The notes under the pieces are model-generated. The model was not told where the DNA came from, searched no databases, and saw only the letters and a list, made by a program, of their open reading frames with translations. Below are positions 45,811-53,503 of a DNA stretch of 64,000 bases, piece after piece; positions within the stretch are counted from its first letter, which is position 1, and every line of letters starts with the position of its first letter. The translations under genes were made by a program, and so were the position numbers. Origin of the DNA: Caulobacterales bacterium (GTDB taxonomy: Bacteria; Pseudomonadota; Alphaproteobacteria; Caulobacterales; Aquidulcibacteraceae); NCBI GenBank assembly GCA_044226655.1, contig JBGAGO010000004.1:16644-80643 (forward strand), in the 5' to 3' direction.

Positions 45811-47115
45811 ATGGATGAAACGCATAAGCCGCTCGGGTTCTGGTCCTGCTGGTCGCTGACCGTCGGCTGCATGATCGGCTCGGGCATCTTCCTGCTGCCG
45901 ACCGTGCTCGCGCCCTATGGCCTTTTGAGCTTTGGCGGCTGGCTGATCGCGGCGTGCGGCTCGATCGCGCTGGCGCTTTCGTTTGCGCGGCTTGCGGCGC
46001 GCACCACGCGCAGCGGCGGGCCTTACGCCTATGTGCAGGCGCATTTCGGCGATTTCGCCGGCTTCCTGATGGGCTGGACCTATTGGGTATCGAACTGGAG
46101 CGGGCTGCCGGTCGTCGCGATCGGCTTCGTCGGCTATCTCACCGTGTTCTTTCCCGCGCTCAGCGCCAATCCGCCGGCGCAGGCCGCCATCGCGCTGGCG
46201 CTGATCTGGACGCTCACCCTGGTCAACATACGCGGCCTCAAGGACGCGAGCCTGGTGCAGCTGGCGATGACGGTGCTGAAAATCGTGCCGTTGATCGGCG
46301 TGATCATGCTCGCCATTCCCGCGGGCCATGTCTCCAACCTGCCGGCCTTCAATCCAACGCACGCGTCGATCATCCCCACGCTGGCGGCGACGGCGCTGCT
46401 CGCATTATGGTCCTTCACCGGATTTGAAATGGGCGCCTTGCCCGCGGGCCATGTGAAGGATGCGGCGCGCACGGTGCCGCGCGCGCTCATCATCGGCACG
46501 CTCACCGTCACCGCGATCTATCTCGCCGCGACCATGGCCGTCATGCTGCTGGTGCCGCCGGCGGTGCTGGCGCACTCAACGGCGCCGTTCGCCGACGCCG
46601 CGCGCGTCGTCGGCGCCTGGGGGCCGTTCGCGGTTGCGGTTGGCGCGCTCATCTCAACAGCCGGCACGCTCAACGGGCTCATCTTCGTCTCAGGACAAAC
46701 CGCGATGGCGGTGGCCATCGACAAGCTGGCGCCGGCGGCGCTCGCGGCGACCAACAAGGGCGGCGCGCCGCACATTTCGCTGCTTGTCTCGGCGGGTCTG
46801 GCCTCGATCCTCCTGCTGGCCAATTATTCGCGCGGCCTGATCGGCGCCTTCACCTTCCTGTTGATGATGGCGACGGTGACGACGCTCTTGCCCTATTTCT
46901 TCTGCGCGCTGGCGGAGCTGCGCGCCTCGCGGCGGTCGGCGCGGGCCTGGGCCACAGTCGCGGCGATCGGCTGCGCCTACACGCTGTTCGCCGCCTTGGG
47001 ATCAGGTCTTGAAGTGTTGATCTGGGGGATCGTGCTGACGCTCGCCGGCGCCCCGCTCTACGCGCTGTTCCGCCGCGCCGCCGCCGCGCACACGCAATCG
47101 ACCGCGCCGCTCTAG
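45811..47115 (+). CDS. APC-superfamily amino acid permease/antiporter
   Basis: About 12 TM segments. N-terminal motif (VGCMIGSGIFLLPTVLAPYG). Confidence 0.88.
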   Translation: MDETHKPLGFWSCWSLTVGCMIGSGIFLLPTVLAPYGLLSFGGWLIAACGSIALALSFARLAARTTRSGGPYAYVQAHFGDFAGFLMGWTYWVSNWSGLPVVAIGFVGYLTVFFPALSANPPAQAAIALALIWTLTLVNIRGLKDASLVQLAMTVLKIVPLIGVIMLAIPAGHVSNLPAFNPTHASIIPTLAATALLALWSFTGFEMGALPAGHVKDAARTVPRALIIGTLTVTAIYLAATMAVMLLVPPAVLAHSTAPFADAARVVGAWGPFAVAVGALISTAGTLNGLIFVSGQTAMAVAIDKLAPAALAATNKGGAPHISLLVSAGLASILLLANYSRGLIGAFTFLLMMATVTTLLPYFFCALAELRASRRSARAWATVAAIGCAYTLFAALGSGLEVLIWGIVLTLAGAPLYALFRRAAAAHTQSTAPL

Positions 47116-47119
47116 GCGC

Positions 47120-48235
47120 TCAGCTCAGGGCCGGCCGCTCCAGGTTCGCTTCCGGAATCAGCCGGCGCAGGCGCTGCGCGAACGACAGCAGACAGACCTC
47201 GTTCGACGACAGCGGCCCGCTCGCATAGGACGACGAACTCATGCCCGCCTGCACGCCCTCGATGAGGCGCGTATCTTCGGCATTGACCTGACGATTGATG
47301 CGCCAGTTCAGATAGCGCGCGGCGTCGATCTCGCGATTGCGCTCGGGATAGACGTAGGCGACCTCGCGGATCATGGTCTCGGTCGCCGAGACCGGAATGA
47401 ATTGCATGAAATCGACCTGGTCCGGATAGATGTCGAACGCGACATTCGGCCAGAGCTTGTAGTAGAGCCATGTGCGGCGCCGTTCGGCGGGCACATGCGT
47501 CATGCTTCCCAGCAGACTTTGATAAGCGCGCTCGGACCAATTGAGCGACGCGTTCTGCTGCAGCTCCCCGCTCATCCGATCGACCCAGTCCTGCGCCTCG
47601 ATGCGATAGCTGGCGCCGAACAGACGCGTCAGGCCCGGATGCGCGACGGGAATGTGCATGCCGTCCGAATAATTGTCGGCGACGTTTTTCCAGTTCACGC
47701 CGCGCGGCCGCAAGGTGACGCGGCCATGCGGGATGAGGCGCTCGAGCTGATAGGCCGCGATCTCGTCTTCATAGGGCGCCATCATTTCCGCGATGCTCGG
47801 CCCGCCGGCCGCGAAGCGCACGAAGACGAAGCCGTGATAGATTTCCTGCTCCACGGGCGCGAGGCCATGCGCGCTGGCATCCAGATCGGTGAAGCCCTGC
47901 CATTTCGGCACGCTGACAAGCGCGCCTGTGAGGTCATAGCTCCACGCGTGATAGGGACACACCAGACGGCGCCCGCACGCGCCGCGCGCTTCGGGCGCCA
48001 GCTTGGCGGCGCGATGGCGGCACACATTGTGGAAGCTGCGCAGCACGCCATCGCCGCCGCGCACAGTCACGACGCGTTCGCCCAAGAGATCAAGCGTCAT
48101 GTAATCGCCGGCCCGCGGCGCCTCATTGGCGTGGCCGACAATGTGCCAGGCCGCGCGAAACACGCTCTCCCGCTCCAAGTCGAAGAATCGCGGATCGGTG
48201 TAGAGCCAGCCGGGCAAGCTTCGGTGCGTCGTCAC
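47120..48235 (-). CDS. Rieske [2Fe-2S] aromatic-ring-hydroxylating oxygenase alpha subunit
   Basis: Rieske motif (CRHRAAKL...CPYHAWSY) and mononuclear-iron region (NYSDGMHIPVAHP). The start is taken at the GTG at 48235. The 190 upstream codons of the track ORF overlap the neighbouring gene and are Arg/Ala junk. Confidence 0.85.
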   Translation of the reverse strand: MTTHRSLPGWLYTDPRFFDLERESVFRAAWHIVGHANEAPRAGDYMTLDLLGERVVTVRGGDGVLRSFHNVCRHRAAKLAPEARGACGRRLVCPYHAWSYDLTGALVSVPKWQGFTDLDASAHGLAPVEQEIYHGFVFVRFAAGGPSIAEMMAPYEDEIAAYQLERLIPHGRVTLRPRGVNWKNVADNYSDGMHIPVAHPGLTRLFGASYRIEAQDWVDRMSGELQQNASLNWSERAYQSLLGSMTHVPAERRRTWLYYKLWPNVAFDIYPDQVDFMQFIPVSATETMIREVAYVYPERNREIDAARYLNWRINRQVNAEDTRLIEGVQAGMSSSSYASGPLSSNEVCLLSFAQRLRRLIPEANLERPALS

Positions 48236-48276
48236 GCACGCAATGTGCCCCAGCGCCCCGCTGCCGCCAAGCGCGC

Positions 48277-49614
48277 TCAGCCCGCGCGCGGCGCAGCGTC
48301 CGCCGAAGCCGGACCGACGCGCCCGCCGGGTTGCGGCGAATCCCGATCGGGCGGCGCCTCGCCCATCGCGATGAGGAAGCCGCGATGCAGCGTATCGGCG
48401 TCGCTTGCGCGCGCATCGCGCACCATGCGGCCATAGCGGTCCGGCCGATCTTCTTCCGCCGCTTGTTCGGGCCGCGGGCCGGCGCGCGGCCCGGCGAGCG
48501 CCGCCAGCGTGCGGAAAATGTCGAACCAGAACGGCGCGCCGAGGCCGAGCAAACCCGCCGCGCAAATCACGCCGAAGAACCAGGTAGCGCCGTCCCAGCT
48601 GAACATGCGACGCAGGAATTCCGGCGCCGGCGCGCTGACGCGGCTCACATCCGGCGTCGGCAACCAGCCGTGCTCCAGCTTCCAGGCGAGCTTGTCCCAG
48701 GCCAAAGGCAAAATCACGTGATCGGCGAACGGCGCGCAGCGCGCGTCCGGATGAGATTGTCCAGGCGTTGAGGCCGCCGCCGCAATGCTCGGCGCGCCGC
48801 AAAACGGAAACATCACGCCGCCAATCGGCAAGCCCGATTCCGACGCTTCGCGCCCGACGCCCTGAATCGCGCGCAAGCTCTCGCCGAGGGATTGCAAATC
48901 CTCGCGCACCGCCGCGCTCGCCGGCGCGCCGTCTTGCGCACTATCGACACGCGCTTCGAGATTGGCGATGGCGAGCCGCGCATCGACCGTGAGATTGTCG
49001 AGGCGTTGATCCTGCACTTGCGCCACCACGGCGGCGGCCTGTTCGGAATTGTTCAGGAAGCGCGTGAACAGCGTGAAGGCGTCGACATTGGCCGCGGCCG
49101 CGAACGCGACCGCGACCAGCACCGACACGACCTGCGCGCGCTTGCGAAAGTAGTCGAGCTGGGATTCGCCCAGCCGTTCGAATTGATAGGCCAGCGTGAC
49201 CAGGCGGCTGCGCAGCGCAGCGCCGTCCAATTGCGCAAGCCGTCGGCCTTGCGGCGTCTGCGCCAGCTGCTCGACGAATTGCAGGGTCGACATGCGCTCG
49301 AACCGCGGGCTCGTCAGATAGCCGAGGATGGGCCAGGTGCGCACGTACCAGGGCCGCACGCTCGCGCTCGGCGCGGTCGTCATCGATCGCGCAAACGACA
49401 CCGCCGCATTCGACGCACGCGGCGCTTGCTCGGCGCGCTGGTCTTCCGGCATCAGGCGCTGCAGCATGTCGTCATGAATCGCGCGCAGCATTTCGTGCAG
49501 GCCCGCGAGCCGCAGCGCCATCACCTTGTGCACGAGTTGCACGAACACCGTCACCACGGTCGAAAGCACAGCCATCGTGCCCGCGAAGGCGGCCAGGCCC
49601 GTCACAACATTCAT
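48277..49614 (-). CDS. hypothetical multi-TM membrane protein (445 aa)
   Basis: GGTGGGGA precedes the ATG. Hydrophobic segments lie at the N-terminus (LAAFAGTMAVLSTVVTVFVQLV), mid-protein (VVSVLVAVAFAAAANV) and near the C-terminus (WFFGVICAAGLLGLGAPFWF). A helical stretch lies between them. No family recognised. Confidence 0.55.
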   Translation of the reverse strand: MNVVTGLAAFAGTMAVLSTVVTVFVQLVHKVMALRLAGLHEMLRAIHDDMLQRLMPEDQRAEQAPRASNAAVSFARSMTTAPSASVRPWYVRTWPILGYLTSPRFERMSTLQFVEQLAQTPQGRRLAQLDGAALRSRLVTLAYQFERLGESQLDYFRKRAQVVSVLVAVAFAAAANVDAFTLFTRFLNNSEQAAAVVAQVQDQRLDNLTVDARLAIANLEARVDSAQDGAPASAAVREDLQSLGESLRAIQGVGREASESGLPIGGVMFPFCGAPSIAAAASTPGQSHPDARCAPFADHVILPLAWDKLAWKLEHGWLPTPDVSRVSAPAPEFLRRMFSWDGATWFFGVICAAGLLGLGAPFWFDIFRTLAALAGPRAGPRPEQAAEEDRPDRYGRMVRDARASDADTLHRGFLIAMGEAPPDRDSPQPGGRVGPASADAAPRAG

Positions 49615-49697
49615 GGCATCCCCACCGCCTGATGTTTGACTGAAACGCTATCATCGGCGACGATCCACAGGCAAACCAAACGTTGTGGCGGGGGGCC

Positions 49698-50774
49698 ATG
49701 ACCGCACGCTCCTATCGTGTTCGCGGCGCTACACTTCGTCTCGGCGCGCTGCCGGACTGGGCCTCGCCGACGCTTGCGGATTTGTCCCAGGGGCAAATCG
49801 TGGCGCGGCTGGACGAACGCATCTGGAACGAACGCTTCTTCTGGGTGTTCGCCGATATCGCCGGCGATGGCGCCTTCGAAGGCTATGCCGACGCCGAGGC
49901 GCTGGAATCGCTTGCGCTGCCGGCGCAGCCCGCGCCTGCGCTCGACGGCGCGCTCGCGGCTCCCTATCCGGGGGGCGTGTTGCGCATCGGCGAGCGCGAC
50001 GCGCCGAAGATCAACGCCGCGCAGGCCCGGCTCGCCGATCTGCTCGATGATCTCATCCTGACGCCCAGTGTTTACGACGCCAACATGGCCGCCGCCGTCG
50101 CGGAGTTTCAGGCCGCCGCGCTGGACGCCGCCAATAGGCCGCTGCGCGTCGACGGCGCCATCGGCGCGGAGACCTGGCGCGCGCTGTTCAATTCGTCCGC
50201 GCCCTCGCTCAAGGCGCCGACATCGGCCATGCGTGTGAAACGGCGCGCCAATACCGGCCTTTTCCCACTCGCCCATGACGAACTCAACGCCTGTTTCGGC
50301 GCCTTCACCTTCGAGGAAGGCCCGCGCGATGGCGAGATCACGCTCGATCCCGCATGGGCGCGCGCCAATATCGTCAGCATCGAAATGCCGGGGCTGACGC
50401 GGCCGGGCCGCAAGCTCGATCTGCACCGCAAAGCCGTCGGCCCGTTGCGCCGCGCGATGGCGCGCATCGCGAAAGCCAACCTCACGCATCTGGTGCGCGT
50501 GTGTAACGGAACCTGGGTTCCGCGCCACAAATCATGGAATCCGCATAACGGCATCTCGCCGCATTCGTGGGGCGTCGCGCTCGACATCAACGAGCGCTGG
50601 AATCCGGTGAACGGCCCGCCGGCCGCGCCTGGAACCGAAGGTTCGGTGCACGAACTGGTTCCCCATTTCGAGGCCGAAGGCTTCGCCTGGGGCGGCCATT
50701 TCACCGATCCCGTCGATGGAATGCATTTCGAGCTTGCGCGCGCCGACTTTCAGGATCGCGCCGTGATCGGTTAG
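49698..50774 (+). CDS. SH3b-like + peptidoglycan-binding + M15-family zinc peptidase (endolysin-like), no signal peptide
   Basis: PG_binding_1 pattern (MAAAVAEFQAAALDAANRPLRVDGAIGAETWRALF). M15 zinc ligands (HSWGVALD as Hx6D, and DGMHFE). The N-terminus is an SH3b-like beta segment. The ATG at 49698 follows GGCGGGGGG. Confidence 0.8.
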   Translation: MTARSYRVRGATLRLGALPDWASPTLADLSQGQIVARLDERIWNERFFWVFADIAGDGAFEGYADAEALESLALPAQPAPALDGALAAPYPGGVLRIGERDAPKINAAQARLADLLDDLILTPSVYDANMAAAVAEFQAAALDAANRPLRVDGAIGAETWRALFNSSAPSLKAPTSAMRVKRRANTGLFPLAHDELNACFGAFTFEEGPRDGEITLDPAWARANIVSIEMPGLTRPGRKLDLHRKAVGPLRRAMARIAKANLTHLVRVCNGTWVPRHKSWNPHNGISPHSWGVALDINERWNPVNGPPAAPGTEGSVHELVPHFEAEGFAWGGHFTDPVDGMHFELARADFQDRAVIG

Positions 50775-52702
50775 GCGCCGCTGGGGTTGGCCGCGATCGC
50801 GGCGATGATCGACCCCATCAGCACGCCTTCGTTGACGACCAGCGCCGCCGCGTCCTCGGCATGGCTCGGCGCGACAGCCGGCGCCTCTTCGCGGCGCCGG
50901 CGGCTCGCGGGCGCGCCTGCATCCTGATCCGCGCGCCGCCCGCCGATGAATATCCGCGGCGGCCGCGCCGCGCTTCTCGGCGTCGGGGGGGCGGCTTCCC
51001 GCACCGCCGGCGCGGACGCCGTCACCGCGCCCTTGTGATGGATGGCGGCGAGCGAAAGATCGCACCAATCGAGCACGGGGCCGCCTGAAGATCCGCCCGC
51101 CGTCGCCGCCGTGTAGCGCAACAAGCCCCGCGGGCCCTGCGCATCGACGATCTCGACGACTTCCAGATTTTCAAGCGACAGCGCCAATTCGCCGCCCAGC
51201 GGATGGCCGATCACGGTAACGGCGCTCGGCGCAACATCCCATGTCGGCGAGACCGGGATCGGGCGCACCCCGATCGGCGCCGAGGCCAGACGCAACACGC
51301 ACACATCCAAGGCCGACGCCGGCGACAGCCACAGGATTTCTTCGAACGCGATCGGCTCGTCACTGTCGCTGCGCGTGAAATGCGCCGCTGCGTTCTGATA
51401 TTTGAGGGAGAGGATTTCGCTGTCGCCGCCCACCAGGCCGCCGACGCGGTTGACCACGTGATAATTGGTCACGAACACGGGCGCATCGCCCCAAGGTTCG
51501 AAGAGATCGCCGCCGCGCACCAGAAAGCCGGAGCCGAAGCCGCGCCGCGTCTGCCGATCGACAACCTGTGCGACGGCCTTGCCGCGCGCGCTCAACAGCT
51601 CGACCCAAACGAAGGTTTGTGTTTGCGCGCCCGGCGCGCGGGTTTCGTTGAGGCGCAGGCTGAGCTGATCCTGCAGCGGATTGGCGCGCGGCGCCTGAGG
51701 CACGGGCGCGGGCGCGGCCCCGACCGCGCGGCTCGCGGCCGCTTCCAACGCCTCCAGCACCGCACGCGCGGGATCGCCCACCGGCTTGCGCTCCAGCCGC
51801 CAGACATCGCGCAATTCTTTGATGGTGCAATCGACCTCGTAGGCGCCCCAGCGCGTGCCCAGAATCGGGGCCAGATGATCGCCCAGGCGCCGCTGCGCCT
51901 CGTCCCAGCGGCCCAGCGCGACGCAGGCTTCCGCCGCAGACAGGCACAGATAGGGATCGCTTTGCCGCGCGGGATCGTCGGCCAGGGCGACGAGTTCATC
52001 GGCCAACGCGTTGCGGTCGAACCGCGCCGTCGGCGGCAGGCCGACATTGTCCTCCTCCGCGCGCGTAACCAGCGCCAACAGGTCGACGCCGTGCGCCAGC
52101 GATTTCGGCGAAGGTTGCGCGTAGGCCTCCGCATAGGCCTCCACCGCGCGCTGCAGCCATTGCGGTTCGAACTCGCCGCGCGCGGCGCACGCGACGTAGC
52201 GCGCGCGATAGGCGTCGCCGCGCAAGCCGACGACCTCGCGATTGACGTCATCGGTCGCTTCGGGGTCGTCACCCATGATCTGGCGAAAAGCGCGCGACAG
52301 GCGGTCGGCTTCCAGATAATCGCCTGTCTCCACCAGCGCGCGCACGCGCATCAAGAGGCCGCGCGCACCCAGCACGCGCCGGAAGCTCTCCGCGCGATGC
52401 GCCTGCAGATCATCAACCGAAGGCGCAGCGCCCGCCCGGCCCATGAATTGAGTCTCATCATCTTGCAGCAGCACGTCGCTGAGCGCGCGGACGGCGCTGA
52501 ACCGGCGGCCTTCGTAGAGCGCACCCAGACAGCGCGCAGCGGACGGCGTGCGCTCATCCCAGGGCAGGCTGGCGATCGCCTCCAGCAGCGCCAGCGCCGA
52601 ATTCATCGACGCGGCGCGATCGCCGGGCGCGGCCGCGAGCATGCTGGCGACGAGCGTTTCCGGCGACGCTGTTTCTTCCGCTGTGGTCAATGCGGGCGCC
52701 AC
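50771..52702 (-). CDS. helical-repeat (TPR-like) N-domain fused to a trypsin-like serine protease
   Basis: The C-terminal half carries His (VTNYHVV), Asp (LDVCVLRL) and Ser (GGSSGGPV) in chymotrypsin-fold order. The N-terminal ~350 aa are helical. There is no signal peptide. The start (GTG 52702 or TTG 52693) overlaps the upstream gene. Confidence 0.8.
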   Translation of the reverse strand: MAPALTTAEETASPETLVASMLAAAPGDRAASMNSALALLEAIASLPWDERTPSAARCLGALYEGRRFSAVRALSDVLLQDDETQFMGRAGAAPSVDDLQAHRAESFRRVLGARGLLMRVRALVETGDYLEADRLSRAFRQIMGDDPEATDDVNREVVGLRGDAYRARYVACAARGEFEPQWLQRAVEAYAEAYAQPSPKSLAHGVDLLALVTRAEEDNVGLPPTARFDRNALADELVALADDPARQSDPYLCLSAAEACVALGRWDEAQRRLGDHLAPILGTRWGAYEVDCTIKELRDVWRLERKPVGDPARAVLEALEAAASRAVGAAPAPVPQAPRANPLQDQLSLRLNETRAPGAQTQTFVWVELLSARGKAVAQVVDRQTRRGFGSGFLVRGGDLFEPWGDAPVFVTNYHVVNRVGGLVGGDSEILSLKYQNAAAHFTRSDSDEPIAFEEILWLSPASALDVCVLRLASAPIGVRPIPVSPTWDVAPSAVTVIGHPLGGELALSLENLEVVEIVDAQGPRGLLRYTAATAGGSSGGPVLDWCDLSLAAIHHKGAVTASAPAVREAAPPTPRSAARPPRIFIGGRRADQDAGAPASRRRREEAPAVAPSHAEDAAALVVNEGVLMGSIIAAIAANPSGA

Positions 52703-53382
52703 GCGCAGGTGAGCGCTTCAGCGGAAACCTGGCCGCGCTTGATGAACTGCACCTCCGAAACCGCCACGGTCGTCGAGCCTTCGACCGGCGCCAGCAGCAC
52801 GCGCGCATGGAAATTCCGCGTCGGCCCATAGAGCGTCCAGCGATTGAGCGCCTGGATGACGAGGCGCAGAATCCAGGTGACGATGTTGAGGCCCTGATAG
52901 CTGCCATCGGCCTGCCGCGTGCAGAAGATCACCTTGCCGCCGTTCGAATTGATCCGGTTCAGCCAGACGGCGATGCGTTGCGTCTCCGGCGTGACTTCGC
53001 GAAACGCTTCGATCTGCTGGCGTGAAATCGACACACCGTCCGCTCCCGGAAACGTCACGGAGATGACATTGTGGTTCGACCGCATGGCGCGCGACAGGCG
53101 CACATCGAAATCATTGGTCTCGGCGTAGGGAAAGCGGCTCATCGGCTCGCGTACGAAAGCGATGCGGCCCAGATCGATCGCCGCGCAGATCGCGATCATC
53201 TCATCGGTTTGCAGCTCCGAGGGGCGGGCGCAGCCGCGCGGCCGCGCAGCCACCAGGCCTTGATCGACGAGATTGGCGTAGGACGTCGGCGGCGGCGCAG
53301 CCGCCGTTGTTTGCGCATCGCTGCGCGGCGTCAGCGCCATGCAGGCCGCAAACGCAGCCGCGATCAGAACATGCCATTTCAC
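52687..53382 (-). CDS. hypothetical exported protein (231 aa)
   Basis: GGGGAGG sits 6 nt before the GTG at 53382. It has a signal peptide (MKWHVLIAAAFAACMALTPRSDA) and Cys residues consistent with disulfides. No family recognised. Confidence 0.55.
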   Translation of the reverse strand: MKWHVLIAAAFAACMALTPRSDAQTTAAAPPPTSYANLVDQGLVAARPRGCARPSELQTDEMIAICAAIDLGRIAFVREPMSRFPYAETNDFDVRLSRAMRSNHNVISVTFPGADGVSISRQQIEAFREVTPETQRIAVWLNRINSNGGKVIFCTRQADGSYQGLNIVTWILRLVIQALNRWTLYGPTRNFHARVLLAPVEGSTTVAVSEVQFIKRGQVSAEALTCAWRPH

Positions 53383-53503
53383 GGAAAGCCTCCCCACCCT
53401 CGCCGCGCGAGCTAACACCGTCGTGTTTCGCCTCGCAAGACGGTTGCACCGCGCGCGGAAGCGTAACTAAGGTTTCAGTGGGCGCGCGTCAGGCCGGGCC
53501 TGC

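Noticed and set aside
48236-48802. N-terminal 190-codon extension of the Rieske oxygenase ORF.
   Set aside because: It overlaps the 3' part of the upstream 445-aa gene in another frame and is Arg-rich. The Rieske domain begins just after the GTG at 48235.
52687-53418. Possible bacterial gasdermin-like gene, because a small gene directly precedes and overlaps a repeat-domain protease.
   Set aside because: The product has a clear Sec signal peptide and no feature I can tie to gasdermins. I report only the arrangement and make no family claim.
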